A stretch of 64,000 nt of DNA from an uncultured delta proteobacterium (GCA_963778655.1 CAVZVA010000005.1:544001-608000), one strand, 5' to 3'; positions 1-13,180 are shown, counted from the stretch's first letter. Made by a program: numbers and translations. Notes: generated by a model from the sequence alone, not told the origin.

Positions 1-1328
1 GCGAGCGCCGCGCCGCGGGCGCACAAGGCGTCGACGATCGCGCACGCCAGCGCGGCCCCCTCCTGCGGATCGGTGCCGGTGGCCAGCTCGTCGAGCAGCG
101 CCACCGAGCGCGAGTCGGCGGCAGCCAGAATCGCAGTCAGGTTGGTGATGTGCGCCGAGAAGGTCGATAGGCTCTTGGCGGTCGACTGTTCGTCGCCGAC
201 GTCGGTCAGGATCTGCTCGAAGAAGCCCACGCGGCTGCGCTCGGCGGCCGCGATCGGCAGCCCGTGGCGGACCATCAACGCGCACAGCCCGAGCGTCTTC
301 AGCAGCACCGTCTTGCCGCTGGCGTTGGGCCCCGAGATCACCAGCCCGCGTCCAGCCTCGATCGCGATGTCGTTGGCGAGCGCCGGCCCGCCGTCCAGCA
401 CCAGCAAGGGATGGCGCGCGGCGACCAGCTCGAGCGCGCTGTCCTCGCACAGCTGCGGCACGCTGCCGCCGAGGTCGCGACCGAGCAGCGCCGCCGCGTT
501 GCGCAGGTCGATGCGATCGAGCGCCTCGGCGGCGGCGCCCAGGCTCGGCAAGTGCTCGCGCGCGCGCTCGCAAAGCGCGCTGAGCACGCGCTGTTCCTCG
601 CGCTCGAGCTCGGACTCGGCCAGCTTGAGCCGGTTGCCCTGCGCGAGCACCGGCCGCGGCTCCACGAACACGCTGGCGCCGCTCTGACTGGTGCCGTGCA
701 CGATGCCCGCCACCCGCTCGTGGGCGTCGCGCCGCACCGGCAGCACGTAGCGGCCTTCGCGCACCGTGTAGTAACGGTCCGAGAGCACGTCTTCGTAGCG
801 TTCGATCAGCTGCTGCAGGCGGCCGGCGATGCGCTCGCGCAGGCTGGCTATCTCCTGGCGCAGGCGCCTGATCTCGGGGCTGGCGCGCTCGGAAAGCGTG
901 CCGTCCGGGTCGAGCGCGCCGTCGAGCAACTCCTCGAGCGCGTCGAGCGCGGGATCGGTCGAGCAGGCCGCGTGCAGCGCGGGCGCGTGCATGCGCTGGG
1001 AGGCGAGGAAGGCGCGCAGCTGGCGCGCGTTGCGCAGGGTACACAGGATGTCCGAAAGCGCGCTCGCCGGCAGCGAGCCCTGGCGCTCGAGCAGCGAGAG
1101 GTGCATGCCGATGTCGCGCAGGTCCTGCAGCGGAACGCGCTCGCCGCGCTCGAGCCAGGCCAGCGCCTCGCCGGTCTCACGCAGCAGCAGCGTGGCGCGC
1201 TCGCGTGTGGCCGCCAGCTCGAGCCCCTTGCGCGCGGCCGACTGGCCGCGGCAGCGCGCCTGCACCGCCGCCGCCAATCGCGGCCATTCCAGGTGCTCGA
1301 AGGCCTTGTCCTGCCACGAAGCGGTCAT
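1..1328 (-). CDS. mutS2: Endonuclease MutS2 (N-terminal part; runs off window edge)
   Basis: Manual translation (not in ORF track): MTASWQDKAFEHLEWPRL..., REGRYVLPV, GIVHGTSQSGASVFVEP, ARHPLL, Walker A ISGPNASGKT, DVGDEQS..SLSTFSAH, LLDELATGTDPQEG. Confidence 0.93.
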   Translation of the reverse strand, partial: MTASWQDKAFEHLEWPRLAAAVQARCRGQSAARKGLELAATRERATLLLRETGEALAWLERGERVPLQDLRDIGMHLSLLERQGSLPASALSDILCTLRNARQLRAFLASQRMHAPALHAACSTDPALDALEELLDGALDPDGTLSERASPEIRRLRQEIASLRERIAGRLQQLIERYEDVLSDRYYTVREGRYVLPVRRDAHERVAGIVHGTSQSGASVFVEPRPVLAQGNRLKLAESELEREEQRVLSALCERAREHLPSLGAAAEALDRIDLRNAAALLGRDLGGSVPQLCEDSALELVAARHPLLVLDGGPALANDIAIEAGRGLVISGPNASGKTVLLKTLGLCALMVRHGLPIAAAERSRVGFFEQILTDVGDEQSTAKSLSTFSAHITNLTAILAAADSRSVALLDELATGTDPQEGAALACAIVDALCARGAAL

Positions 1329-1344
1329 GCAGCGGGCGGCACGC

Positions 1345-2925
1345 TCATGGCGAGAACTTCTCGTATTCGTCGGCCGAGGCGGGCGGGTTTTGCCGTGCCG
1401 GGGACGTATGGCTCGCGCTGCGTCGCAGCTTGCGCGACCGGTGCCGCTCCTTGGGAGCGGGCGCCGGGCTTTCGGCACGCGCGGCAGGGTGCGGCGCCGG
1501 TTTCAGCTCCACGGTGCGCGTGCTCTCGGCGGCGGAGAGATCGAGCGTCTGCGGCAGGTAGCCGACCAGGCTGACCCGCAGCCGCAGCGTGCGATCCTCC
1601 TGCACCTCGAGCGGCAGCGGGGTCGAGCCCATGAAGCGGCCGGCGTTCCACACGTTCGCGCCCGGCGGCACGCTGGTCAGCGTAACGACGCGCGTGGCCG
1701 GCGGCGGCACCGGCGCGGCTGCGCCCGGCGTGCCCGCGGTCGCAGGCGGCGCTGCCGGCGCTGCCGACGCGACCATGTCGGCGGGATGCTGTCCCGCCGG
1801 TTCGCCTGCGCTGCCGGCCGGCGGCCGCGCGCGCTCGACGCCGAGCGCGAAGGTGCTGGTCGCCGCAGCCAACAGCAGCGCTGCGCCGGCGGCCAGCGCC
1901 CAGCGCGCCCAGCTCGGCGCAGCCAGCGCCGAAGCCAGCAGGCGCCGGCCCCGGCGCGGCATGTGCTCGATCAGCTCGGCGTCTCGCAGGCAGCGCAGCA
2001 GCGCATGCTCGAATTCGTCCGCGTCCTGAAAGCGCAGCGCGGGCGACTTGTTCAGTGCCTTGTCGAGCACGCGCTGCAAGCTCGGCGGAAAGGTGCGCCC
2101 GGGCGCGGCCACTCGCAGCGGGGGCGGCTGCTCGCGGATGTGCTTGGCCATGACGATCACCGCGTCTTTGTCCACGAACGGCGGCTCGCCCACCAGCAGC
2201 TCGTACAGCACGATGCCCACCGCGTAGAGGTCGCTGCGGTGATCGAGCGGCTTGCCCTGCGCCTGTTCGGGCGACATGTAGCGCGGCGTACCGAACACGG
2301 TACCGTCGAGCGTCTCGAACTGATCGAGCTTGCGCTCGCCCTCGATCGACTTGGCGATGCCGAAGTCCAGCACCTTGGCCACCGGCTCGCTCTGGCCGTC
2401 GACCCGCGCCAGGAAGATGTTGTCGGGCTTGATGTCGCGATGGATGATGCCCTTGGCGTGCGCCTCTCCAAGCGAGCGCAGCACCTGGCGTACCCAGCCG
2501 ATCGCCTCGGCCGTGCTCACCGCTTCGTCGCGCCCCAGGCGGTGAGTCGCCAGCTCGCCTTCCAGCAGCTCCATCGCCAGGAACAGCAGACCTTGCGGGG
2601 TGGCCCCGAAGTCGTACACGCGCACGGTGTTCGGGTGGGCCAGCGCGCTCATCGCGCGCGCCTCGCGCTCGAAGCGCGCGACCACGTCGCCGCCCGATTC
2701 CTGCTGGCGTTTGAGCACCTTGAGCGCGATCGGACGTCCCAGGCCGACCTGCTCCGCGCGATACACCGCCCCCATCGCTCCGGCGCCGATGCGCTCGAGC
2801 ACGCGGTACCGATCGAGCAGCGTGGTCCCTAGCAGTGGATCTGGTGGGGCGATGGTCTGCCCTCCGTCCGTGCCGTCCGGGAGATCTGTCCGTACACCCG
2901 GGCCCATCGGCCTGTAGGATAGCAT
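1345..2925 (-). CDS. Hanks-type Ser/Thr protein kinase with TM helix and C-terminal PEGA-like domain
   Basis: [44 protein letters not shown]; hydrophobic segment, then [15 protein letters not shown]; start codon uncertain (2925 or 2907). Confidence 0.9.
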   Translation of the reverse strand: MLSYRPMGPGVRTDLPDGTDGGQTIAPPDPLLGTTLLDRYRVLERIGAGAMGAVYRAEQVGLGRPIALKVLKRQQESGGDVVARFEREARAMSALAHPNTVRVYDFGATPQGLLFLAMELLEGELATHRLGRDEAVSTAEAIGWVRQVLRSLGEAHAKGIIHRDIKPDNIFLARVDGQSEPVAKVLDFGIAKSIEGERKLDQFETLDGTVFGTPRYMSPEQAQGKPLDHRSDLYAVGIVLYELLVGEPPFVDKDAVIVMAKHIREQPPPLRVAAPGRTFPPSLQRVLDKALNKSPALRFQDADEFEHALLRCLRDAELIEHMPRRGRRLLASALAAPSWARWALAAGAALLLAAATSTFALGVERARPPAGSAGEPAGQHPADMVASAAPAAPPATAGTPGAAAPVPPPATRVVTLTSVPPGANVWNAGRFMGSTPLPLEVQEDRTLRLRVSLVGYLPQTLDLSAAESTRTVELKPAPHPAARAESPAPAPKERHRSRKLRRSASHTSPARQNPPASADEYEKFSP

Positions 2926-3129
2926 GCGTGCAGGTCCTCTGGTGGCTCCCTTGTCGTCGATCAAAGCGGCACAATTCCAGTACCTTGGCCCGTTGCGCAA
3001 GGGTCACCGTGGGGGGCATCCGCTTGCGCAGTAGCGGGCGGGCGCGGCCGCACGGCGGGGCTGAGTCGGGCGCTTGACTCGCGCGCGAAATCTTTCCACC
3101 GTGACAGTCCGCCAGCCAGAGGAGACGAC

Positions 3130-4548
3130 ATGAAGGTCTACGACAAGCTCTTGATCAACGGCGACTGGGTCACCCCGAACGGCAAGGGGACGATCGACGT
3201 GATCAACGCCGCCACCGAAGAGGTGATGGGCCGCGTGCCCGAGGGCACCGCCGCCGACATCGACCGCGCGGTCAAGGCCGCGCGCGCCGCCTTCCCGGCA
3301 TGGTCCGCGACCCCGCCGGCCAAGCGCGCCGAGTACCTGCAGAAGATCTCGGCCGGGCTCGCGGCCCGTGGCGACGAGCTGGCGGCGCTGATCTCGCAGG
3401 AGGTCGGCATGCCGCTGCCGCTCAGCAAGATGATCCAGGCGGGGCTGCCCACGATGAACTTCGGCGTCTACGCCAAGCTCGGAAGCGAGCTCGCGTACGA
3501 GGAGCAGGTCGGCAACTCGCTCGTGCTCAAGGAGCCAGTCGGCGTGGTCGGCTGCATCACGCCGTGGAACTACCCGCTCCACCAGATCGCGGCCAAGGTC
3601 GCGCCCGCGCTGGCGGCCGGGTGCACCGTGGTGCTCAAGCCGAGCGAGGTCGCCCCGCTCAACGCCTTCCTGCTGGCGGAGGTGATTCAGCAGGTCGAGC
3701 TGCCTGCCGGCGTGTTCAACCTGGTCACCGGCTACGGCCCCGTGGTCGGCGAGGCCCTCGCCGCTCATCCCGAGGTCGACATGATCTCCTTCACCGGGTC
3801 GACGCGGGCTGGCCGCCGCGTGTCCGAGCTCGCGGCGCAGACCATCAAGCGCGTGCACCTGGAGCTCGGGGGCAAGTCGGCGAGCGTGGTGCTCGACGAC
3901 GCGGACTTCGAGAAGGCGGTCGCCGGCACCGTGCGCAATTGCTACATGAACTCGGGCCAGACCTGCAGTGCGCACACGCGCCTGCTGGTGCCCAAGTCGC
4001 GCCGCGACGAGGCGGTGGCGATCGCGAAGAAGACGGCCGAGACCTTCACCGTGGGCGATCCGATGGGCGGTGCCGCGCGGCTGGGGCCGCTGGTTTCGGC
4101 GGCGCAGCGCGACCGCGTGCGCGGCTACATCAAGAAAGGCATCGAGCAGGGGGCCACCCTCGTCACCGGTGGCGCGGAGGCGCCCGCGGGGCTGGCCAAG
4201 GGCTACTTTGTCAAACCCACCGTGTTCGCGGACGTGAAGAACGACATGGCCATCGCGCAGGAGGAGATCTTCGGGCCTGTGCTGTCGATCTTGACCTATG
4301 AGGACGAGCAGGAGGCGATCCGCATCGCCAACGACACCATCTACGGTCTGGCGGGCGCGGTGTGGTCGGGCGACCCGGAGCGCGCCAAGCGCGTCGCGCG
4401 CAAGCTGCGCACCGGGCAGATCGACATCAACGGCGGCAACTTCAACCTGATGGCGCCTTTCGGCGGCTACAAGCAGTCCGGGCACGGCCGCGAGATGGGC
4501 AAGTTCGGCCTGGACGAGTTCTTGGAGCTGAAGTCGCTGCAGAGCTGA
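3130..4548 (+). CDS. Aldehyde dehydrogenase family protein
   Basis: [51 protein letters not shown] upstream. Confidence 0.95.
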   Translation: MKVYDKLLINGDWVTPNGKGTIDVINAATEEVMGRVPEGTAADIDRAVKAARAAFPAWSATPPAKRAEYLQKISAGLAARGDELAALISQEVGMPLPLSKMIQAGLPTMNFGVYAKLGSELAYEEQVGNSLVLKEPVGVVGCITPWNYPLHQIAAKVAPALAAGCTVVLKPSEVAPLNAFLLAEVIQQVELPAGVFNLVTGYGPVVGEALAAHPEVDMISFTGSTRAGRRVSELAAQTIKRVHLELGGKSASVVLDDADFEKAVAGTVRNCYMNSGQTCSAHTRLLVPKSRRDEAVAIAKKTAETFTVGDPMGGAARLGPLVSAAQRDRVRGYIKKGIEQGATLVTGGAEAPAGLAKGYFVKPTVFADVKNDMAIAQEEIFGPVLSILTYEDEQEAIRIANDTIYGLAGAVWSGDPERAKRVARKLRTGQIDINGGNFNLMAPFGGYKQSGHGREMGKFGLDEFLELKSLQS

Positions 4549-4677
4549 GGGCAAGGCCGCACAGCAAAGCGGGAGGGTCACGCGAGCCTCCCGCGTGGCT
4601 CGATTCGCGCGCCCCATGCCTGGGAGCACCCGTGCGGGCGGGCTCGAGAAGGGCGAGCCTTCCGCCGATCGTGCGGG

Positions 4678-5526
4678 TCAGAATTGCGCGCGCAGCTGCA
4701 ACAGCGCACCGTGCTGGTCGATTGCGAGCGCGGCAGTCGGCGTGTCGCGCCGGGGTGCCGCCTTGGGCTCGCGCAGCAAGAACAGCAGGCCCGCGGTGAC
4801 CACCAGCGCGGCGCCTGCGCCAGTCAGGATGTCGGACGAGAGCGCCAGCGTGTGAGCCTGGTTGATCAGGCCCTGACGCTTGGCCAGGCTTCCGTCCCTG
4901 CCGGCCACGAAGCGCCGCACATCGCTCTGGCGCTGCAACGCCAGCACGCCGGTCACCGCGCCTCCTGCTAGCAGGGCGGCACCGCTGCCCAGCGTGCTCC
5001 AGAACCAGAAGTCCGCTCGCCCGAAGCCGCGCGACGCCGGCTGGCCGGCCGCCGCAGCGGCCGACGCATTGGGCTTGGGCTCGACCGCGAGCCGGCCCTC
5101 CAGCCGGCGCAGCGTCCCCAGCGCCTTCTTGCGTTCGGCGGCCTGCGATTCCGGCAGCACCAGCAGGTACTTGCGGTAGTAGGTGATCGCCTCCCGCACG
5201 TTGCCCAGCAGCTCGGAGGTGTAGGCCACGTTGTACAGCAGGTTGGGCGAGCTCGGATCCAGCGCCAGCGCCGCCTTGAGCTCCACGATCGCCTCCGAGT
5301 AGCGTCCCGCGCGGAAGAAGTCGCGCCCCTTTTGGTAGTGCTCGAGCGCTTCGGGAGGGGCCTGCTCGGACGTTGCGTGCTCGGGCGCCTCCTGCGGGGC
5401 GGGCGTCTTCTCGCTTGCGGGCGGCTCGTCCGCGCGCGCTTGCTCCCGCGCGTGCAGCAGCAGGGCGCACGCCAGCACCAACGGCACCCAGATGCCGCCG
5501 CATCGTCCCTTCCGTCCGCGTTGCAT
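4678..5526 (-). CDS. Secreted/membrane tetratricopeptide-repeat protein
   Basis: Signal-like N-terminus, TPR motifs (YQKGRDFFRAGRYSEAIVELKAALALDP, LLYNVAYTSE), two C-terminal hydrophobic segments, terminal Phe; start uncertain. Confidence 0.75.
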   Translation of the reverse strand: MQRGRKGRCGGIWVPLVLACALLLHAREQARADEPPASEKTPAPQEAPEHATSEQAPPEALEHYQKGRDFFRAGRYSEAIVELKAALALDPSSPNLLYNVAYTSELLGNVREAITYYRKYLLVLPESQAAERKKALGTLRRLEGRLAVEPKPNASAAAAAGQPASRGFGRADFWFWSTLGSGAALLAGGAVTGVLALQRQSDVRRFVAGRDGSLAKRQGLINQAHTLALSSDILTGAGAALVVTAGLLFLLREPKAAPRRDTPTAALAIDQHGALLQLRAQF

Positions 5527-5613
5527 GGCCGGGGCGTACGCTAGCGCGTGTGCCCGGCGGATTCCAAGCATGCGCATGCAGGCAACCCTCGCCCACCCCA
5601 CCCGGAGGGTGCT

Positions 5614-8117
5614 ATGTGGGTCGGCATGTGCAGGCTGAAGCGGGCGGCCGCGCTCGCGCTGACATCGCTGTCCGTGGCGAGCCTGGCGCACGCTCAGTTC
5701 CACCGCGCCACCGACCCGGTCGCTACCCCCGCATCCTCCCTGATCTTGCAGGACGATGCGCTTGCGATGGACGTCAATCCAGCCGCGCTGGGGCGCCTTC
5801 CCGCTTACAGCGTCGCGCTTTTGCACAGCGAGGTCGACCAGCGGGGCAGCTGGCTGGGCCAGGGCGACGCGCTTTACCTGGCGAGCCCCATCTTCGGCCC
5901 GCTCGCGCTGGGAGTGACGGTCCAGAGCATTCGACCCGGCCCGTGGGCCGCGCGCCCCCCGGGCGACAGCGCCGCCGATCGCGCGATGGCCGCGCTCGGC
6001 ATCGCCCTGTCACCCAACGGCAGCTTCAGCCTGGGCCTGACCACGCGCACCTTCGCCTCCGGCAATGGTCGCTTCGACGGCCTGACCGCGATCGACGTCG
6101 GCGCGCTGTTCCGGCCCGATCCGCGGCTCAGCCTGGGGCTGGTCGGACGGGACCTGTTCGTGTCGCGCAGCGGCTTCGGCACTGCCGGCCTCGACCTGGG
6201 GTCTTCGGGTGTGCTGTCCGTGGGCCTGCGACCGCTCGGCAACGACGCGCTGACGCTCGACCTCGGCCTCGAGCGCGCCTTGCACAGCGGCGCCGCGGTA
6301 GGCGGGCGCGGCGGCGTGGCGCTCCAGATCCCCTACGTTGGCACGGCTTCGGGTCTGGTCGAGGTCGAGGACTTGGGTCACCCCGACGCCGCGCTGCGGG
6401 TGGTGGCGGAGCTCGCGGTGAGCATGGGCCGCGCCAGCGCGCTCGGCGGCGGCACGCTCGGCAGCGGTCTCGGCAAGCGCGTCGGCTGGTATGCGATGCT
6501 GCGCAGCGAGGGCCAGGACCGCCCCGGCATCCCGGCGCCCGTGCGCGTGCTCGACCTGAAGCTCGCCGGGCTGTCCTCCCGCGGCCAGATCGCCGCCGTG
6601 CTGGCGCTCGAGCGCGCCCGCACCGATCCGCGTATCGGCGGCGTGCTGATCAGGCCGCGCAACTCTGGCATCGGCATGGCCTACGCCCAGGAGCTGCGCC
6701 TGCAGATCCGTTCGCTGCGCGCCGCCGGCAAGCCGGTGGTGTGCCACATGGACTCCGCGAGCGGATCCGAATACTACGCCTGTGCTGGCGCCAACGAGAT
6801 CCTGCTCGATCCCGCCGGCGACGTGCGCCTGCTCGGCAACGCCAGCAACGCGCTGCTGTTCGGCGAGACGTTGCGCAAGATCGGGGTGCGCGCGGACTTC
6901 GTGCGCATCGGTCCCTACAAGAGCGCGCCCGAACAGTACACCCAGGGCCAGCTGAGCGAGGCGGCGCGCGCCGAGACCTCGGCGCTGCTCGACGACGCGC
7001 ACCACCGCGAGCTCGTGGATCTGGCCGCCGATCTGCACGTGTCGCAGCAGCGGGTCGCCGAGATCATGGATCAGGGTCCGCACCTGGCGCAGGCCGCCAT
7101 CCATGCCGGGTTGATCAAAGCGAGCGCCGACGACCACGACTTCGACGATGCGCTGGCCGTGTTCGGCGGTCGTCGCGTGACCAGCACCCTGCCCGCTGCC
7201 GAGCCGCGAAGCTGGAGCAAACGCCCCTCGATCGGCGTCGTCGTGGTGGACGACGACATCGTCGACGGCGAGAGCGTGGAGATCCCCTTCGTGGATATCC
7301 ATATGACCGGCGGCGAGACCGTGATCGCCCAGCTCGACGCGATGGCCAAGGATCCGAACATCCGCGCGATCGTGCTGCGCGTGGATTCACCCGGCGGCGC
7401 CGTCCAAGCGTCGGACAAGATCTGGCGCGCCGTCCGCCGCGCCCGGCGGCACAAGCCGGTGATCGCGTCGATGGGAGCGGTAGCCGCCAGCGGTGGCTAC
7501 TACGTGGCGTCGGCGGCGGACGAGATCTGGGCCGACCCCACTACGCTCACGGGCTCGATCGGCATCTTCTACGGGAAGGTCGACGTGGTCGGCTTGGCGA
7601 ACATGCTCGGCGTGCACATCGAGACTTTCAAGCGTGGCAAGCGCGCCGGAGCGGAGAGCATCTTCCAACCCTTCACCGACGACGAGCGCGCGGCGCTGGC
7701 CGATTTGATGCGCAGCTACTACCGCTTGTTTCTCGAGCGGGTGGCCGAGGGACGCGGATGTTCGTCGAGGCCGTCGACGTGCTCGGCCGCGGGCGGGTCT
7801 ACTCGGGAGACGCGGCGCAGCGCCTGGGCTTGGTCGATCGGCTGGGCGGGCTGGCGTCCGCGTTGATCCGCGCGCGCCAGCTCGCAGGCCTCGGCGCGGA
7901 CGCCGGTGTGGTGGTACGGCCGCTGCGCAAGACCAGCTTGCTCGACTACGTCCTGGGTCCCTCCGAATCCGCCGCCTCGACGCCTCCATCGGCGCAGAGC
8001 GGCGCCTCGATCCGAGTGCCGCCGCAGCTGCGCTCGCTGCTGCGCATGGTGGGCGCGCTGCAGGAGCTGGGACAGGGCGAGCCACTGGCGTTGATGCCAT
8101 TCGAGCTTCAGCTCTAG
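5614..8117 (+). CDS. sppA: Signal peptide peptidase SppA (tandem S49) with long N-terminal extension; one frameshift near 7757
   Basis: GPYKSAPE, LRVDSPGG, MGAVAASGGYYVA, TLTGSIGI; after VAEGRG the continuation (MFVEAVDVLGRGRVYSGDAAQRLGLVDRLGG...MPFELQL) lies in another frame. Confidence 0.88.
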
Positions 8118-8279
8118 TCCCCTGGAACAGTGATAGCTGTGCAATATCGGCTCGGAATCGGCGTTGCTCGCAAGGCGCGCGACGCAGGACGGGTAGGCCC
8201 CCTTTCAAGGAGCGCAACGCCGCGAGCAGCGTCGAGGGCGTGTCGAGATTGCGTTAGAAATCACTGTTCCAGGGACTAG
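8114..8279. mobile_element. Short palindromic MITE-like element bounded by CTAG
   Basis: Terminal inverted repeats CTAGTCCC(C)TGGAACAGTGAT (8114-8134) / ATCACTGTTCCAGGGACTAG (8260-8279); no ORF; left CTAG includes the sppA stop. Confidence 0.65.
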
Positions 8280-8293
8280 CGAGGCTGCGCCTC

Positions 8294-8467
8294 AGACCCA
8301 CGAGAGATGCTGGTCTACTCACGTCAAGACAGGACCTCGCTTCTGTGACCGGGAGGGGCACGCGACCCTCTCGCCCCGCCAGCAGAGCTGTCGGGGCCCC
8401 ACCCTCCCGCGGGGTCGCTTCGCTCCGCTTTGGGAGACCTGACTCATCTGTGCAGATCCGCTGGCCC
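8294..8467 (-). ncRNA. Candidate rod-shaped ncRNA, 6S-RNA-like
   Basis: Manual folding gives a long imperfect hairpin (GGGCC/GGUCU, UCUGC/GUAGA, GAGUCAGG/CCUGUCUU, GACC/GGUC, GGGAGGG/CCCUCCC, CUCU/AGAG) with a purine-rich central bubble; G-U pairs favour the minus strand. Confidence 0.45.
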
Positions 8468-8472
8468 AAGGC

Positions 8473-8481
8473 AGTCTAGCA
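8473..8481 (-). promoter_or_regulatory. Extended -10 promoter (TGcTAGACT) for the candidate ncRNA
   Basis: TGn-TAGACT on minus strand about 6 nt upstream of the predicted 5' end. Confidence 0.4.
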
Positions 8482-8502
8482 AGGCCGCAGGGAGCGACGT
8501 CG

Positions 8503-9000
8503 ATGGACGCTCTAGACAACACGTGGCTGGTGCCCATCCTGCTCGCGGCAGTCGCGTGCAACGCCCACCCGCAGTCGAACGCGGCCTCGGAGCTGAGCGC
8601 ATCGCCGGAGACGCACCTCGAGGCGACGGTGGCCAAGGGTGCGGCGCCTGCGGAGCTGGTCGCCGGCATGGCCAAGCGCTATGCGCAGGCGCTGGTGGTG
8701 GACGGACCTTTGCTGCAGGGTGAGCTTCGGCAGGGCGCGCACCGCGACTTCCTGCTGGTGCTGCGCGGTGGCTCCTGCTACCGCGTGTTGGGCGCCGCTG
8801 GAGAGGGCGTCGAGGATCTCGATCTGCTGCTCTACGACCCCAACGGTGTCGAGGTGCAGCAGGATCCCCAGCAAGACCGCTTTCCAGTGCTCGGCCTGCA
8901 GTCCGAGCTGTGCCCGCCCGTCAGCGGTGCATACCGGCTTCAGACGTTGATGTACCGGGGCGCCGGACCCTACGCGCTGCGCGTCTACCGTACGCCCTGA
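8503..9000 (+). CDS. Hypothetical lipoprotein with small beta-sandwich domain
   Basis: Lipobox LAAVAC; GSCYRVLG..GVEDLDLLLYDPNG..CP..SGAYRL; GGAG RBS. Confidence 0.75.
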   Translation: MDALDNTWLVPILLAAVACNAHPQSNAASELSASPETHLEATVAKGAAPAELVAGMAKRYAQALVVDGPLLQGELRQGAHRDFLLVLRGGSCYRVLGAAGEGVEDLDLLLYDPNGVEVQQDPQQDRFPVLGLQSELCPPVSGAYRLQTLMYRGAGPYALRVYRTP

Positions 9001-9127
9001 GGCTGCGCGCGCGGCCCGCAACGGGCCGGATGCTGGTATACCTCGGGGCGATGTCCGTGCTTCGCACCCGCCCCCTGCATGAGGCCCCACCCGCGCTGGG
9101 CGCGCGGCGCCGGTTGGAGTCGCGCGC

Positions 9128-9628
9128 GTGAGCGAGCAGGTCGGCCACGTGGTGCTGCTGGCGGCAGGGGCGCTGTTCGTCGCGTTTGTGTTCCTCAAGC
9201 TGTTGGCGCCCGTGCGCGGCGGCGCGGCCCAGGGTCGCGAGGGCAAGCGGCGCATCGCCGAAGCCATGGCGCGCGCGCGCGACCGGGCGCTGACCGCGGC
9301 GCAGCGCGCGGCGGCACTGCGCGAGGCGGCCGCGATCGCGCTCGAGATCGGGCGCCCCGGTCTGGCGTCGAGCTATGCGCACCGCGCCGAGCGCCTCGAT
9401 CCGCACGACGCGGCCGCCGTAGGGCTGCTCGCGACCGCGTTGCGGCGGGCGTCGCGCTTCCGCGCTCTGGAGCGCTTGTTGTGGCGGCGCATCGCCGGCG
9501 GCGATGCCGGCGACGAGGGCGGCACACGCGCGCTGCAAGAGCTGATCGCGCTCTACGACGGGCCGCTCAAGCGCCCGGAGATTGCGGCCGGGCTGCGCAA
9601 GCTGGAGGCTCCGAGCGAGCGAGCGTGA
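9128..9628 (+). CDS. Hypothetical membrane-anchored helical protein
   Basis: N-terminal TM helix followed by Ala/Arg-rich TPR-like helices; GC3-biased codons. Confidence 0.65.
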   Translation: MSEQVGHVVLLAAGALFVAFVFLKLLAPVRGGAAQGREGKRRIAEAMARARDRALTAAQRAAALREAAAIALEIGRPGLASSYAHRAERLDPHDAAAVGLLATALRRASRFRALERLLWRRIAGGDAGDEGGTRALQELIALYDGPLKRPEIAAGLRKLEAPSERA

Positions 9629-9689
9629 GCTGGGCGCGTCCGGCCCGAGGACGCCCCTGCAAGCGGCCGCGCGTCTCACGCGGGAAAGG

Positions 9690-9722
9690 AAAAAGGCCGG
9701 ACCTCTCGCGAGATTCCGGCCT
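9690..9722 (-). terminator. Rho-independent terminator of the Gly-rich lipoprotein gene
   Basis: Stem AGGCCGGA/TCCGGCCT followed by a T-tract on the minus strand. Confidence 0.75.
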
Positions 9723-9748
9723 CTTCACGATTGCGTCAGGTCGCGTTC

Positions 9749-10105
9749 TCAGCCCGCGTCGTTGTCGACGCCGCCATCGCAGTCGCTGCAGCCGCCGGTG
9801 CCGCCGGTGCCGCCGCTGCCGCCGGTGCCGCCGCTGCCGCTCATGCCGCCGCTGCCGCCGGTGCCGCCGCTGCCGCCCATGCCGCCGCTGCCGCCCTTGC
9901 CGCCCATGCCGCCGCTACCGCCTTTGCCGCCGCTGCCGCCGCTACCGCCGGTTCCGCCGCTGCCGCTGCCGGATGTGCCACTGTCGACACCGCCGTCACC
10001 AGGCGAGCTGCTGCTCTTCTTGCAGCCAACGGCCGCGAGTGAGATCGCCAGACATGCCAGCACGATCATCACTTTGCGCGGCATCTTTGAAGCAAGCTCC
10101 TTCAT
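9749..10105 (-). CDS. Small Gly-rich lipoprotein with (GGX)n repeat
   Basis: RBS AGGAGG, lipobox LAAVGC, tandem GGT/GGS/GGM/GGK triplets, C-terminal CSDC. Confidence 0.8.
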   Translation of the reverse strand: MKELASKMPRKVMIVLACLAISLAAVGCKKSSSSPGDGGVDSGTSGSGSGGTGGSGGSGGKGGSGGMGGKGGSGGMGGSGGTGGSGGMSGSGGTGGSGGTGGTGGCSDCDGGVDNDAG

Positions 10106-10506
10106 GAATTCCTCCTAAAAAACCTGGCTCCAGTCGGAGCCCGCTAGTCCAAACCGATTTGGCTGTCCCAAGAACCGACGAGCGGAAAGATCATACACTA
10201 CCAAAATTCAATCCAGAAGCAGGATTTTTCGATTTTCCAAACCCCGCTGCTCGTTGCCACTCGTCACGGGACGGCCGACATCCAACGCGCCCGCGGGGGA
10301 AAGCCATGCAAACTCCAGGCCGTTGCCGAGGGGACTCAACCCCTTCACGCAACCCTCTGAAATGGCTGGTGTTGTGCTCCTGGTCCGGTTGCGGGCCGCG
10401 ACCATCGTTGTGCCAACACCCGGCTCGCTCTGACACGATTGTCGCGGTCAGCGCATGGAAGTCGAGCCTTACCTCGAATGTTGAGCCCGAGCGTCAGAGG
10501 CGGTCG

Positions 10507-13180
<2,674 letters not shown>

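Noticed and set aside
73..2832. Long plus-strand ORFs (264..1574, 829..2832) and similar shadow ORFs throughout (e.g. 29600..31984, 31762..34317, 23711..25867)
   Set aside because: They are antisense or alternate-frame shadows of recognisable genes; stop codons are scarce in high-GC DNA and the translations have no motifs
8281..8481. SRP RNA or retron msr/msd identity for the structured segment
   Set aside because: It lacks the conserved SRP CAGG-x-CCGGAAGG-x-AGCA helix, and there is no reverse transcriptase in the window
9582..10118. Pro-rich (PPx)n ORF on the plus strand
   Set aside because: It is the antisense of the Gly-rich lipoprotein, which has the RBS, lipobox and terminator
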